Assembly: GCF_026210795.1 (NCBI RefSeq) | Contig: NC_089431.1 | Location: 1,116,001-1,180,000 of the forward strand | DNA length: 64,000 bases | Reading direction: 5' to 3' | Source of the DNA: Rhizophagus irregularis | Taxonomy: Eukaryota | Shown here: one piece after another, positions 13,373-27,476 of the stretch | How the letters are laid out: every line of letters starts with the position of its first letter | Position numbering within the stretch: the first letter of the stretch is position 1 | Position numbers and translations under genes: made by a program | The notes under the pieces: generated by a model | What the model was told of the DNA's origin: nothing | The model's database searches: none | Seen by the model: the letters and a program-made list of their open reading frames with translations, nothing else

Positions 13373-14625
13373 TTACGATAATTGTTTTTGAGCCCAAAAT
13401 CTAACATGGAAAATCCTAGGGCTTGTTTGTTTGAATTCCTCAAATAGATCTTTTTCTATTATATTTTTAAATTCTTCTTCGGAAATTCCTATTACCTCGC
13501 TTAGATTTTTAATTGTCATTTCCGACGTAAAATAAGAAATACTAATATCTTGAATAACCAAACCAATTTTACCACCATTAGGACCCATAATAACATCTTT
13601 TTCAATACGATGAACTTTTCCTATATTTGATTGTAATTCAAATTTTGAATCTAGATTATATATCAAATCAGTATCTATATTTCGTTTCGAACGAAATGCC
13701 CAAACTGTGTTCATTTGTGGAAAGTGAAAATTTAGTATCTTATAATTACAATGATACATGAGTTTAAAATTAAAAGCGATGAATATTCTTACTTGCATCA
13801 TACATTTTACGAAAAACAGGACCATCACCAACATGACCATTACGTCTACCAGCTACCTCAATATATCCACCTGGTTTCGTTACTCTGTAAAAATAAATAT
13901 GTACAGTATACTACGAATAAACTGAATACGCAAAATATGATATATTTGTATGGATAATTTATTTTTTTTTTAAATACCTGATGAGCTCAGAAAGAATAAA
14001 ATCCCATTGGTCTGGTGTAAAAATAAGGCTCATGCCTTCTACATGTGCAAAATCAAATGCGTTATCATGAAATGGTAATCTATTAGTTATATCGGCTTCG
14101 ATAAATTCAAGATTATTTGGTTTTATCTATCAGTTTATATAGGACAAAGGATCAAATTTACGGTTTTATTTAATAAGTAAAATAAAATTTATAAATTTTA
14201 TTACCTCTTGCGGAAAAATTGGTTTAATATCAACTCCAAAAAAATATGAATTTTCATATTCGTTCGCTAAATCTAATAACCATGTACCAGCGCCGCACCT
14301 TAAAAATTTAAATAATCATTCAAATAAACATATTTTTTCGAGATATTTGAAATGTTTACTTGAAAGATGTCACTTACCCTATATCTAAAACCTTACATTC
14401 CCCTTTAATTAATTTATCCTCGATTGGGGAAGAAAAATTACCTTGAAAAATATATCTTTTAAAAAAATGATACATATGTAATCTATCAATAGAATCGACA
14501 TCAGTCGATAAATAATAGTCCAATAGCTTGTCTTGTCTTTCTTGTTCTGATTCTATTCGGTCAAATTCCGGGATGTTTTTTATTGTTGATCGTTTATGCT
14601 TTAAATATGAATTGATATTACCCAT
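13373..14625 (-). CDS. Class I SAM-dependent methyltransferase, copy 4; exons 14625-14378, 14298-14205, 14126-13978, 13884-13793, 13704-13373
   Basis: Exons of 248/94/149/92/332 nt with canonical GT-AG sites. Motifs KVLDIG|CGAGTW, RVTKPGGYIEV, RFWAQK. Confidence 0.92.
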
Positions 14626-16537
14626 GATTTTATTTTCTTGAGATGAAATGATCACATAAACTTTTTTAAATAAAGTTCTCTGTTAAGGACAAAAGATTTT
14701 GTCTATTTATATAATGAAGATGAGATTTTAATGTTTCGTCTTGTATGACAATCTAATTTGTATTTATGCATTATGTAACGATTTGTCAGATGTTCTGCTT
14801 ATGTTAACCTTTTATCATATAACGTGTGTTACAATATTTCTATATTTAAAAAACTTTTTACAAAATCATCAAAAAAAAGGATAATTCGGCTATGAACAAA
14901 GAAATTCCTTGGCATGCCAATGAAAGACATTTGAAATTTAAATTTTAAAACTGTCACGTGCACATACATTTAATTAATTCAAACCATTCATAAATACAGG
15001 ATAGGATGTAATGAACATTCTATTCAGTTCATGCATTTTTTTAAGCTAATTAAAGAAATTTGTAATATTTTTTTCAAGTAATGGTATTAAATAAAATAAT
15101 TTTTTTAATTGGTTAACTTATTTCGTATTGCTTTCTTCACATATTCATGTATTTACTAAGGAAAATATTTGTTTTAATGTTATCTGTTATGCTTTAATGA
15201 ACATAAATTAATTAGCTAATATATAAAAAAAATTTTCCGGTTGACTGATTCTATTTTTTAATTACAATTTCATCTACGACGCTATGACCGACAGTCATAC
15301 GTGATTAATTATTTATAATAATATATAAATAATTTACTGACCGTCTGTGCGTTATTAGTAAAATTGAAGATTGCATGCATTTCATTTGATTAATATGATA
15401 CCCATTTAATGTTAACAAACAACGTGCAATATATGCAGTAAATAGGTAACACTGAGGAGATCGGATTTTTACTATTAGCTCTACGCATTTCTTCAGGGCC
15501 AGAATTACGTAATTCCGGCTGGCATTACCAAAAAAAGAAATGAACTACACGTTATTTTTATTTCACGCAAACTCTATTGTGTATAGCTCGGGGTCCTTTA
15601 CTACTTCCCATCTAATTCCAATTCTATCTAAAATATTTTCCCGGATTTTTCAACATTCGGTTTTTCTTGCAGATTTACAATATTTTTTAAAAGAATTTGC
15701 TAACTTGCCCCTGGGTTAATTAACCTGGGTTAAATCACATTTCACTTTATATAGCATGATATAGGGGGTTTCCTGGGTATGAAAAATATACTCTATCATG
15801 AATAGGGCGGTTTGGTGAAATTGGCGTTTTTTCAGGGGTGGTAATTTGGAAATTATAGAGCATAATGACCAAGTTTTCTTACATTTTTGACAATGTCTCA
15901 ATTTTGATTGTAATCATAATTTTACTTTTTTTTTGAAAATTTGGGCAAAATTATATAATTATATAAAATTTACTAGTAAGTTAAATCACCCAGGTTAAAT
16001 CACCCTGAGTTAAAATTAGTCTTATACTTTTTTAAATTACATAAAATAACATAATAATCTGATAATCATAAAATCCTAATAGTAAGGTTTACATTCTATC
16101 TTATTCTTATTACTAAATCGTGAATAGTTGGAAATATATTTCAAAATAATTTTTCTTCACAAATTGGAAATAAAGGATGTTAATAGTTCTTGAATTAAGT
16201 TAATTCAAGAAGGAAGGATCTTTTGAATATAATCTTATTGTTTGATAATTATTTTTTCAGGCGCGTTCCATACTTCCAGGTAGTTGAACCAGATCATTTA
16301 AGACCATTTTATTAAGCCAATTTTTATTTTTTAAGTTCGATCTACGAATGTTGGTTGTGTTATAAGTAAAAGAAATAAATTACACTTTAAACGTAAACAT
16401 TGTGACTTTATATTTTTAGTCGAAAAATTGGATTGATTCATTTATAATAGTCCACTAGTAGATTCTGGAAAAAAAAATTTTATCACTATATTTTAATTTA
16501 TTCATAGCAGAAAAGAAAAAAATAAAAAAAATAATCA

Positions 16538-17785
16538 TTATTGCGATAATTGTTTTTGAGCCCAAAATCTAAGATGGAGATCAAGAGGGCTTGTTTGACT
16601 GATTTCCTCAATTAGATCGTTTTCTATCATATGTTTGTATTCTTCTTCAGAAATTCCCATTTCTTCACTTAGATTTTTAATTGACATTTCCGATGTATAA
16701 TAAGACATACCAATATCATGAATAATCAACCCAGCTTTACCACCATTGGGACCTATAATGAGATCTTTTTCAATTCGATGAACTTCTCCTATATTTGGTT
16801 GTAATTCAAATTTTGATTCTAGATTATATATCAAATTAGTATCTATATTTTGTTTTGAAAAAGTTGACCACACTATAATTATATTTCATGGAAAGTAAAA
16901 TTAGTAACTTATATAAATACACAATACACGAAATTAAGATTGAAAGCAATGAATATACTTACTTGCATCTGATATTTTACGAAAAATAGGACCATCGCCA
17001 ACATGACCATTACGTCTGTCAGATATTTCAATGTATCCACCTGGTTTCGTTACCCTGTTAAAAAATATATATGGTAATATGGTATAAATTTATTTGTATT
17101 ATTTTTTTTTTAAAAAAAAAAGAATAAAAAAGAAATACCTGATGAGCTCAGAAAGAACAAAATCCCATTGGTCTGGTGTTAAAACAAGGCCCATATTTTC
17201 TGCATGTGTAAAATCAAATTCGTTATCGTGAAATGGTAATCCATCAGTTACATCGGCCTCGACGAATTCAAGATTATTTGGTTTTATCTATCAATTTATA
17301 TAGGAAAAATGATAAATTTCTGTTTTATTTTAAAAATAAAATAAAACTTATGAATTTTAATATACCTCTTGCGGATATAATGGTTTATTTTCGATTCCAA
17401 TAAAATAAGAATTTTCATATTTGTTTGATAAATCCAATAACCATGTTCCAGGGCCGCACCTTAAAATTAAATAGTCAAATAAATATATGCACCATAAAAT
17501 TCTCTGAAATATTTGAGATGTTCATTTGAAGAATATCGCTTACCCGATTTCTAAAACCTTACACTCTCCTTCAATTAATTTATCCTCAATCGGGGAAGAA
17601 AAATTATTTTGAAATATATGTTTTTTAACAAAATGATACATATGTAATCTATCAATAGAATCGATATCACTCGATGATAAATAAAATAGGTTTTCTTGAC
17701 TTCCTTGTTCCGATTCTATTTGGTGAAATTTCGGGTTTTTTATTGATAATCGTTTATTTTTTAAATGTGAATTTACATTACCCAT
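16538..17785 (-). CDS. Class I SAM-dependent methyltransferase, copy 5; exons 17785-17544, 17459-17366, 17287-17139, 17054-16963, 16872-16538
   Basis: Exons of 242/94/149/92/335 nt are in frame. Motifs KVLEIG|CGPGTW, RVTKPGGYIEI, RFWAQK. Confidence 0.92.
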
Positions 17786-18307
17786 GATTTTAATTTATTA
17801 GATGAAATAATTGCGGATGGTTTCATCTATTTATATAATTTTAATTTTACTGCAATTGGTATTTATGTATTATGTAACGATTTGTCAGATGTTTTGTTTG
17901 ACCGGTTTTATCTGTTATTGTTTCACATAAAGAGTATTACAATATTTCTATATTCAAAATACTTTTTACGAAAAGCATAAAAAAAAGGAAGGTCAATGCG
18001 GCATATGAACAAACTTCCTGGTTTTCCAATGAAAATCTTACATTTTTGCGATAATTGACATTACGAAATTTGGGAAATTTATAATCTTAATAATATTTAA
18101 ATTCAACAACAAAAGATTTATAAAAAATTGCCACGTACACAAATTTAATTATTTTAAACCATTCATAAACTTTCTGTAATGAACATTCTATGTATAATAA
18201 TTAAAGTATATATACATACTGTATATACCGTTTTTTTTAGTGAACGAAATTTTGTGATACTCTCAAGTAAAAAATTTTTAACTGGCTACATTTATTTCAT
18301 TGTTATA

Positions 18308-18604
18308 TAGTCGGCTCGCTTTATACGAACTCGCGTTATGCCGAATTTTTACAATAAACGATTTTTTAGTGTAGTACATAAAAAAATATCGGCATATATA
18401 CTCCGGATATTATTAATTAAATGCTTTACACCGCATAATGAAGTAGAAAATCTATAATCCGTATAATAAGTGTATATATTAAATAACTCCTAATACAGTA
18501 TAACGTAATTTTTCTTATAACAATTTTTTTATTTTGTGTATAATACCAGATTTTCCCCGAATATCCTATAACGGAGGCCTGGACAAAAATTCGCGAGCCG
18601 ACTG
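18308..18604. mobile_element. pogo/Tigger-like MITE with TA TSD
   Basis: TA|TAGTCGGCTCGC ... GCGAGCCGACTG|TA. It interrupts the upstream block conserved among the methyltransferase paralogs. Confidence 0.75.
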
Positions 18605-18972
18605 TAGTACTTTCTTTACATATTCACGTTTTTATTAAGAAAATATTTATTTAATGTTATCTGTTATACTTTAAAGAACACAAATGAATTTATATGTATA
18701 TGTTATTCTTTTTTTGAGGCAAGAGGATATTCAGCAAATCAATAGGCACGGTTGATCAAATTGATACTTACAATTGAACCTTAATACAGATCGTACTACT
18801 CCATAGCTGTACATTTAGAGGTGTTATTTATTTGGTTACGGTCTTGTGCATTTTGTTACGGTATTGTGATTTATTGTTTTTTAGTAGGTATGAAACTTTA
18901 ACCATATGCTTTCTCCATTTGCCTATCTTACCGTACCTGTTTCTTTGGATGTACAGTATATATTATAATATA

Positions 18973-19481
18973 AATACAACTAAACTCACAGGTACGGTAC
19001 GAAGTCACCTAATAAAATATAATACCTATAATATTTTAAAACTTACCATTAAAAAGTTAAAGGATGTAATATGATTAATCATACCCAAAGGTTATTCATG
19101 TGATATTGTAATTCCTATGGTATTTCGGTACGATTGGCACTATATACTCTACATTTAGCATAGAGATTATTTGGACACCAATGTCCATTGAATATATAGT
19201 AAAGTAGTATGGTGTAATAAGTAAGGTACAGAATTATTGGTAAGATAGGTACGATGTCAATCGTACCGAAATACCATAGAAATTGCAATATCATATAAAT
19301 AATGATTGATCACATTACAGTTTTATTATAGACAAAATGAATACTAATCTTATAAAAAATTTCCTTTAACTTTAAATAGTAAGTTTTAAAAATTAAATTA
19401 AAAAAAGAATATTATAGGTATTATATTTTATTAAGTGACTTCGTACCGTACCTGCTGTAACTCTGTAAGTTTAGTTGTATT
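18973..19481. repeat. Long imperfect inverted repeat (arms ~18973-19139 and ~19256-19481) in a GTACCG-rich repeat
   Basis: caggtacggtacgaagtcacctaataaaatataatacctataatatt pairs with aatattataggtattatattttattaagtgacttcgtaccgtacctg. tatggtatttcggtacgattg pairs with caatcgtaccgaaataccata. Confidence 0.85.
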
Positions 19482-20762
19482 ACCAAACATGGTGGTTATT
19501 TAGATATTAGCTTAATATAATAGTTATCAAAGAAATTTGGCAACTGTACCGTACTGTACTGGCTTTATAGCATATAAATATATATAAGACAAGTACGGAA
19601 TTTTTAGAATTTTTGGAACGATTTAATAGGACTGCGGTCCCGGTATGCGGTTCGGTTCTGGACCGCAGACCGAAGAATGGAACGGGCGGATCATACGTAA
19701 ATTGTTCATAATGAATTGTTTATAATATACAATTTTACTTAAAAGTCAGTGCGTTGCTACTAGAAGAATTGAAGTTTGCATGATGCCCGTTAAGAAAATT
19801 GTTGAGCAACGTTACTACTTCCAATTTAATTACAGTTCTATTAGTTCTACTTGATTTTTTTCAACTCAGTTTTTCTCGTGAATTTACAATTTTTTTTTAA
19901 ATTATATATAGTGTAAAATAATGAATATAATAATCTGAAAACTATAAAATATTAGTAATACGTTTTACCTTATTCTTATTATTAAATGATATAAATAATT
20001 GGATTTGTAGAATTAAATGTCTCAAGCAAATTTTTTTTTTTATTAAAAATATATATATATAAGTATAAAAATTACACTTTCCGATTATGAACATCAATTA
20101 GGGAAGCAGATATTAGCGTATCATATCGATAAATAATTTTTCTTCACTGATTGAAAATAAATTAGGGTATAAAGCTTTGGTTGTTGAGTTAGCTGAAACA
20201 ATTTAATTCGATTTTCAAGAAGGGAAGATCTTTTTGAATTTATTTACAGTATTTGTTTGATAATATAATTTAGGTGCGTTTTATTTTTATAAAATTCGTA
20301 CACAACTTCTTAATTTATTAGATCTGATATGAAATCAATTCCAGAACAGCAGATAGAATTTCATTACTGTACAAGTTACATTGTTGGGGTCGTATTTATT
20401 TCACCGACAATTATTTTATTATTGGGAAAACTTTTTCTATAATCCGCGATAGTACTAATTGCGGATCGTGAAAATGATTGTCGGTGAACCCTGTTGATCA
20501 TAGGCGATCAGGATCCCGTTAAAATACAAATCCGAGTATCGTCTGATCGTCAGGATTTCGTCGATCTATGAATGTTGTGTTAAAAGTAAAAAACGTCTAA
20601 CAAAAATAAGAGTATAAATTACATTTTTTAAACGTAAAAATTGACTTTATATTTTTAGTGAAAAAACTGTACAATAACACACTAGATTTCTGGGAAAAAA
20701 ATTTTATTACATAATATATTTTATTTAATTTACTGTTTATAATAGGAAAAAAAAAATCATTA

Positions 20763-22034
20763 TTATTGTGATAATTGTTTTTGAACCCATAATCTAAAAT
20801 GAAAAATCTTAGGGCTGGTTTGTTTGAATTCCTCAATTAGATCTTTTTCTATCATATTCTTATATTCTTCTTCAGAAATTCCTATTTTTTCACTAAGATT
20901 TTTAATTACTATTTCCGACGTAAGATAAGAAACATAAATATCTTGAAGAACCAAACCAGTTTTATCACCATTGGGACCTATAATGAGATCTTTTTCAATT
21001 CGATGAACTTCTCCTATATTTTGTTGTAATTCAAATTTTGAATCTAGATTATACATCAAATCAGTTTCTATATTTCCTTTTAAAAAATATGTCCAAACTG
21101 CAATTAATAATTATATTTATTTGTGGAAAATGAAAATTTAGTATCTTATAATTACAATAATACATAAAATTAAAATTAAAAGCAATGAATATATTTACAT
21201 GCGTCTGTTATTTTATGAAAAATCGGACCTTCGCCAACATGACCATCATGTCTAGTACTACCAGCTACTTCAATATATCCACCTGGTTTCGTTATTCTGT
21301 AAAAATGTATATACAGTATATATACAAATATTTATAAACCGGAGACCCCAAAAATAAGATGCACATATGACATATGTATGGGTGATTTTTTTTTAAAAAA
21401 AAAAGAAATACCTGATGAGCTCAGAAAGAACAAAATCCCATTGGTCTGGTGCAAAAACAAGGTCCATATTTTCTACATGTGTAAAATCAAATTCGTTATC
21501 GTGAAATGATAATCCAATAGTTACATCGGCTTCGATGAATTCAAGATTATTTGGTTTTATCTGTCAATTTATGTAGGATAATAAATCAAATTTTCGATTT
21601 TATTTCATAAATAAAATAAAATTTATAAATTTTATTACTTCTTGTGGTTATAGTGGATTAATATCAACTCCAAAAAAATATGAATTTTCATATTTGTTCG
21701 CTAAATCTAATAACCATGTTCCAGGGCCGCACCTTTTTTAAAATTAAATAATCATTTAAATAAATATATGTACCTTAAAATTCTTCGATATTTTGAGATG
21801 GTCACTTAAAAAATATCACTTATCCAATATCTAAAATCTTACACCCTCCTTCAGTTAACTTATCCTCAATTGGGGAAGAAAAATTATTTTGAAATACATA
21901 TCTTTTAAGAAAATGATACATATGTAGTCTATCAATAGTATCGACATCACTCGATGATATAATTATACCATAGCCTTTCTTGATTTTCTTGTTCCGATTC
22001 TATTTGGTCAAATTCCGGTATTGTTATTACCCAT
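20763..22034 (-). pseudogene. Methyltransferase copy 6, pseudogene
   Basis: Exon 1 has a deletion and two frameshifts (the ATG frame stops after MGNNNTGI). The intron 1 donor is GT>AT (21823), and exon 2 has an in-frame TAA (21648-21650, PL*PQE). The last exon is still open. Confidence 0.9.
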
Positions 22035-22791
22035 GGTTTTAATTACTTGATGAAATAATCGCATAAACCTTTTTTAAATAAATAAAATACTCTACTAAGG
22101 ACAAAATGAGGATTTCACTGTTTATATCAATGAATTTCATGACGATTTAATTGGTATTTATGTATTATGTAACGATTTGTCAGATGTTCCGTATAACGTG
22201 TGTTACGATGCAGTTTCTTTTTTCTAGGCCGTTTCCAGACCGTTTCTGGACAAAAAAATTACTTTTGTGTTATGCTTTTTTGTGTTTGTGTTTTTTTATC
22301 CGGAAAATGCTCAGGCAATATACGGAAAATATACTGAAATGTCAAAATTTGTCGATGAAAGTCTACAGTTACATTTTTGACATTTATGACATATACAACA
22401 TTTGGGAAAATTTATAATCGTCTTGATAATATTTAAAATTCAACAAAATAATTGTCATGTACACATATATTCAAACTTTTTATGATAGGGTATATAATGA
22501 ACATTTTTATGCGTTCATGAAAAACTAAAAATATACATATAAGCATTTAAAATAAAATATTTAATTGGTCATTATATTAGTACTTTTCTATATATACTCA
22601 CGTCTGTTATTCTTTAATTAACACAAAATTAATTTTCTTAAACATAAAAAATTTTTCCGATTGGCTTCTTCATCTACGATGCTGTGACCAGCGGTCGTAC
22701 GTAATTATTTATAATGAATTTTGAATCGTCTGTGCATTGCTATTTTATTGATATGAACCCTAAGTAATCGATCTTTTCGAATAACGTTACT

Positions 22792-22984
22792 CACAGGTCG
22801 AAGGGATATGGCTTACATGAAAGTTTATACTATTAAAATTTGTCCAATTTCCATGGTGTACGCCAGATTTCAATGAAGTTTCCAGTTTTTGTGGAAATGT
22901 CATGGAAATTTTATGTAAATTGGACAAGTATTAATCACGTACGCCAAGGTTTCCATAGTGGAAACCATATCACTTTAACCAGTG
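22792..22984. mobile_element. CACTA/CMC-like MITE, 23-bp imperfect TIR, 3-bp TSD ACT
   Basis: ACT|CACAGGTCGAAGGGATATGGCTT ... AAACCATATCACTTTAACCAGTG|ACT. The empty site aacgttact|a is seen in paralogous blocks (~12280, ~19808). Confidence 0.75.
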
Positions 22985-23061
22985 ACTATCTGGTTTCAAT
23001 TCGATTTTTCTTGTGAATTTATAATTTTTTTAAAATTACGTCTCAAGTTAAATATTCTTTT

Positions 23062-23106
23062 TTATCGCCGTTTTCAAAATGATGCACATTTTGAAAACGG
23101 CGATAA
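23062..23106. repeat. Perfect 20-bp inverted repeat with 5-nt loop
   Basis: TTATCGCCGTTTTCAAAATG-ATGCA-CATTTTGAAAACGGCGATAA. Confidence 0.9.
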
Positions 23107-24832
23107 TTAAAAAATAATGACCTAAAAAAATTACACTTTTAAATTATGAGTTATCAATAATTTCAAATTATTAAGAATCGAAACAGGTACCAACGTATCG
23201 TATTGACACCATTTTTGAAATAAGTATTATTTCAAACCAATTTTCTTCACCGATTGAAAATAAATTATGAAGGGGGATATAATATTTAAAAATCTTTATA
23301 TATTAAAGGTTCGTTCCAAATACATGGATGGTCATTTTATCATAAAATACGTACATTTTTGTATCCTTTCCTAATAGATATTTTGATTTTTGTACAGTAA
23401 AATAATTCTTGTTTCGTGGAATTCTCGCTTCCCTATCATATGTCAGGGATTAATCAAATTTTAGTATTTTTTATTGCAAATCATTTATGCTTAAAAATAT
23501 GTGAATTTTAGGATTATACATTATATGAACAAAGAAAAATAAAAAAAATTTCACTTATTTCAAGTTAATAAATTTTTTTTAATGATTTGCCATGCATGAC
23601 AACTTAATTGGTAATGATGTATTTATTACATAACAATTTGTCAGCGAGATAAAACGAGAAATGGCTTGTTTATGTTAAATTTTCTCATTATTTTGCCATA
23701 TGGATAATTAGTGTTACCAAATTTCCTATAATTAAATATTTTTTTTCGTGTATTTAAGAACAAAGAAAATTCTTGGCAAATATCCAACGGTAATGGTTTA
23801 ATTTATATTTATGACTTTTTTTTTTTGACATTTATTTAATTTACGACATTTACGACATTTACGACATTTAGAAATTCATGAAAATTTATAATCGTCAACA
23901 AAAGATTACGAAAAAAAAATTGTCACGTACATAAAAATTTAATAAATCCAAAACTCATTTATGAATTTTTTTTAAAGTATTATTACAGTTTAGGATAGGA
24001 ACATACTGTTCATGCGTTTCATGCGTTTCATGCATAATGAATTAAAAATAATTTTTTTTTTTTTCTTTCTGCCAAGCAAAATTTAATTAAAAAGTTTTTA
24101 ACTGGTTAAGCTTAAGTGTGAAATCTTCTTCGCATACACTTCATGTACATGCTGTATTAAAAATTATATTTGTTTATTTACGTTATCTGTTATCTATTAT
24201 CTGTTATTAGCTTTAATAAAATTTGAAATTAATTTAAAAAAAAAAAAAAGGGAAAAATTATCCGATTGGCTGATTCTTTTGTTTATTACGTCATTTACTA
24301 CGTTATGACCAGTTCCATGACCAGTCACGCGTAGTTTGAACAACAAATTCTAAAATTGTGTTCATGGTATCAGGGACTCAGGGAATCTGGAAATCTTGCT
24401 GAAATTTTTTTTCCCGATTTTTTCAGTAGATTTTCAATTTTCTTTCCATAAAAAAAAAGAAATTAAATTACATAATAGTATAATTTGAAAATCGTAGGAT
24501 CTTTTTCTATTTGTTTTCATTACCCTTTTTTTTTTAAATAAAAAAAAATAAAAAAAGTGGAGTGCATGACCTTTTAATGACAATTATTATTATTATTATT
24601 ATTATAATATTTTATATAAACAAGTTTAGAATCTTAGAAATGATTACTAACATGACTAAGTTCTTACGTAAATTAACTCTATTGATGTACGATATGATAA
24701 TGCATCTTTGAATAATCGGTGGCACAAAAAAAAAACAGGAAAAGTAATACACCACGAAAAGAATATAAAAAAAGCGCCTCAAGTCCACAAGTCCAACATC
24801 CTCTTCAAAAAAAATAATTTACATTTCCAATT

Positions 24833-26190
24833 ATGGGTATCAACAATTCAAGACTATTAAAATCAAAAAAATCGAAATCGATACAAGTATCATCTCATGA
24901 TCTATTAAACAAAGAAAAAGAATCAACGTATTATTTATCGAACGATATAAATGATGTTGATAGGTTACATATACACCATTTTTTTAAAAAATACATATTT
25001 CAAAATAATTTTTCTTCCCCGATTGAAGATGATTTAATAAGAGGATGTAAAGTTTTGGATGTTGGGTAAGTTTTAATTCAAATATGGGTGAATTCTATGA
25101 TTCTACAGTATGTATAATTTATTAATTTTATTACCGTTACTTCTTTTTTTCTTTTTTAAAAAGATGTGGTCCTGGCACTTGGTTATTAGAATTATCAAAT
25201 ACATATACAAGTTCTCAATTTATCGGACTTGATATGACGCCAATATATCCACAAGAGGTAAGAAATTTGTGTGGTGATGAAATTTTGTGAAAGTGAGGAA
25301 ATTTTGTGAAGTGGTGAATTTTTTGAAGTGGGGAAATTTTAATTTTAATTTTTCTTTTTTTTTTTTAATAGATAAAACCAAGTAATCTAAAATTTGTCGA
25401 AGGAAATATATTTAATGGATTACCTTTTCCTGATAATGAATTTGATTTTGTACATATGGAATCAATGATACTTATTCTTACAAGAGATCAATGGAATTTT
25501 GTTTTTTCTGAGCTCATGAGGTAATTTTAAATTATACAAGTATTTCTTTTTTTTTTAAAGTATCGCTACTGTATCACTTACTTTATGATCATCATCATTT
25601 AAAGGGTAACAAAATCAGGTGGATTTATAGAAGTAGTCGAACCATACATTATACCTGATGAAGCAGGTCCAATTTTTAAAAAATTATATGGAGGAAGTAA
25701 GTTCATTCTTTATCTTGTATATCTTTTGATGATGGAACGGTCTAGATTATGTTAATCAGCAAATAAATTCGTCACGCTCACTTTTTAACATATGACATTT
25801 GCACAACGTAAATGATTATATTTATACTAATTAAATATTTAATTACTTTTAATTAAAGTTTATGACTCTTCCTTAAAACGAAATGTGGATATGAATTTAT
25901 CATGTAATCTTGATTCAATATTTGAATCACATTCAAATATAACAAAGATACATCGAGATGAAAGGAAGACCATCATTGGACCGAATGGTGATAAAATCGG
26001 CATAGTTTATCAAAATATATTTGTATCATTCTGTACTACGGAGATGGCAATAGATAGTCTAAGTAATGAATTGGGAATTTCTAAAGAGAATTTTAAATAT
26101 ATGGCAGAAAATGATATAATAGAAGAATTTAAACAAACAAAACCTGAAATTAATTATATTAGATTTTGGACTCAAAAAAATTTAATATAA
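24833..26190 (+). CDS. Class I SAM-dependent methyltransferase, copy 7 (inverted, 299 aa); exons 24833-25065, 25164-25257, 25372-25520, 25605-25696, 25859-26190
   Basis: Exons of 233/94/149/92/332 nt total 900 nt. Motifs KVLDVG|CGPGTW, GLPFPDNEFDFVH, ELMRVTKSGGFIEVVE, RFWTQK. Confidence 0.93.
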
Positions 26191-27253
26191 TAAATACATT
26201 TTTTAAGAATTTTTTTTTATGTAATAATTTTATGAAAAAATTTTTTTATATAGTAAATATTTTTTTTTTTTAAATATATTAAAATATATATATATATATA
26301 GATAGATATCATAATATGTAATTATAATTCTTTTTATTTTATTATAAGAAAGTAAATATAACGGTATAAATATTTTTTAAAATCAATAATGAAATTATTT
26401 TAATATATATATATATATATAGTATAGAGATCATAAATAAATTACGTAAATTCGAAGAAAAGAATTTCTTATTTTAAAGATGGCGTTTTGGGAGAATCGA
26501 GATTTTTTTTTTTCTGATCTCTTAAAAAGTGGAAGGTAAAATTACTTAATTCAATCACCATTGAAAGGTTATATCACCATAACATGACCCCTCTCCCCCC
26601 CTTAAATAAATAAATTCAGCGTTTTAAATTCCCTGACTAATGTTCCAAATCTAACTTGGTTAAGTCATTTGAAACAATTATCAACAATTATTCAACATAT
26701 TTTAAAGTTTGGTTAGGACTCCGAACTCCGAATAATACAAAAAAAGGTAACAATACAAAGTTTGCGTATTACCCTCTATGAGAAAAAAATTGGTAGATCC
26801 CTCCATTTAGATAATTCCAGGCTTAGTTCCGGCCTTAAAAGAATGAGGATTAATTAGTAAATTCATTTGTTACCTATTTATATGTTGTTATTCGAGAATT
26901 CTTGTATAATAATAATGTTTAAATAATAATAATAATAATAATATGGGCTTATAAGAAATTTATGTAGTTTTTGGTAATTATTTACAAATAAGCGAATATC
27001 AGAATTTGCGCGCACATTCGAAATTGTAATTTTACGTAATATCGTAAATAATCATTAACCGATTTATGCACAATTTACCCCCTCTTGGAATTTAAATGGC
27101 TTTATTATAAATTAGATAAATTGTTAAAAATCATGTGATATATCTATACTATTCGCGTGAATAACCATCTCCTATTATGGATCGGTAGACATATTACAGT
27201 CCCGATTAAGAGGGAATGTTTTTTTTCAAATGTGTAGTTGAGGGTCACGAATC

Positions 27254-27476
27254 GATAATATAGTTATTGAGTATGATATATACATCCGATGGTGTATAGT
27301 ATAGTGTAAAAAAACTATACCGTATAGATAAAAGCTATACTGTATAAAATAAAAAATTATACTGTATAGATAAAAAATAAATTATACTGTATAGATAAAA
27401 AATTATACTGTATAGATTTTTGTCAACTATACTACACAACATCGGAGGTATATATCATACTCAATATCGTTTAACC
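27254..27476. mobile_element. MITE with ~55-bp TIRs and 10-bp TSD (Merlin- or Mutator-like)
   Basis: GTCACGAATC is repeated at 27244-27253 and 27477-27486. tattgagtatgatatatacatccgatg pairs with catcggaggtatatatcatactcaata. Internal tandem tatactgtatagataaaa units. Confidence 0.8.
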
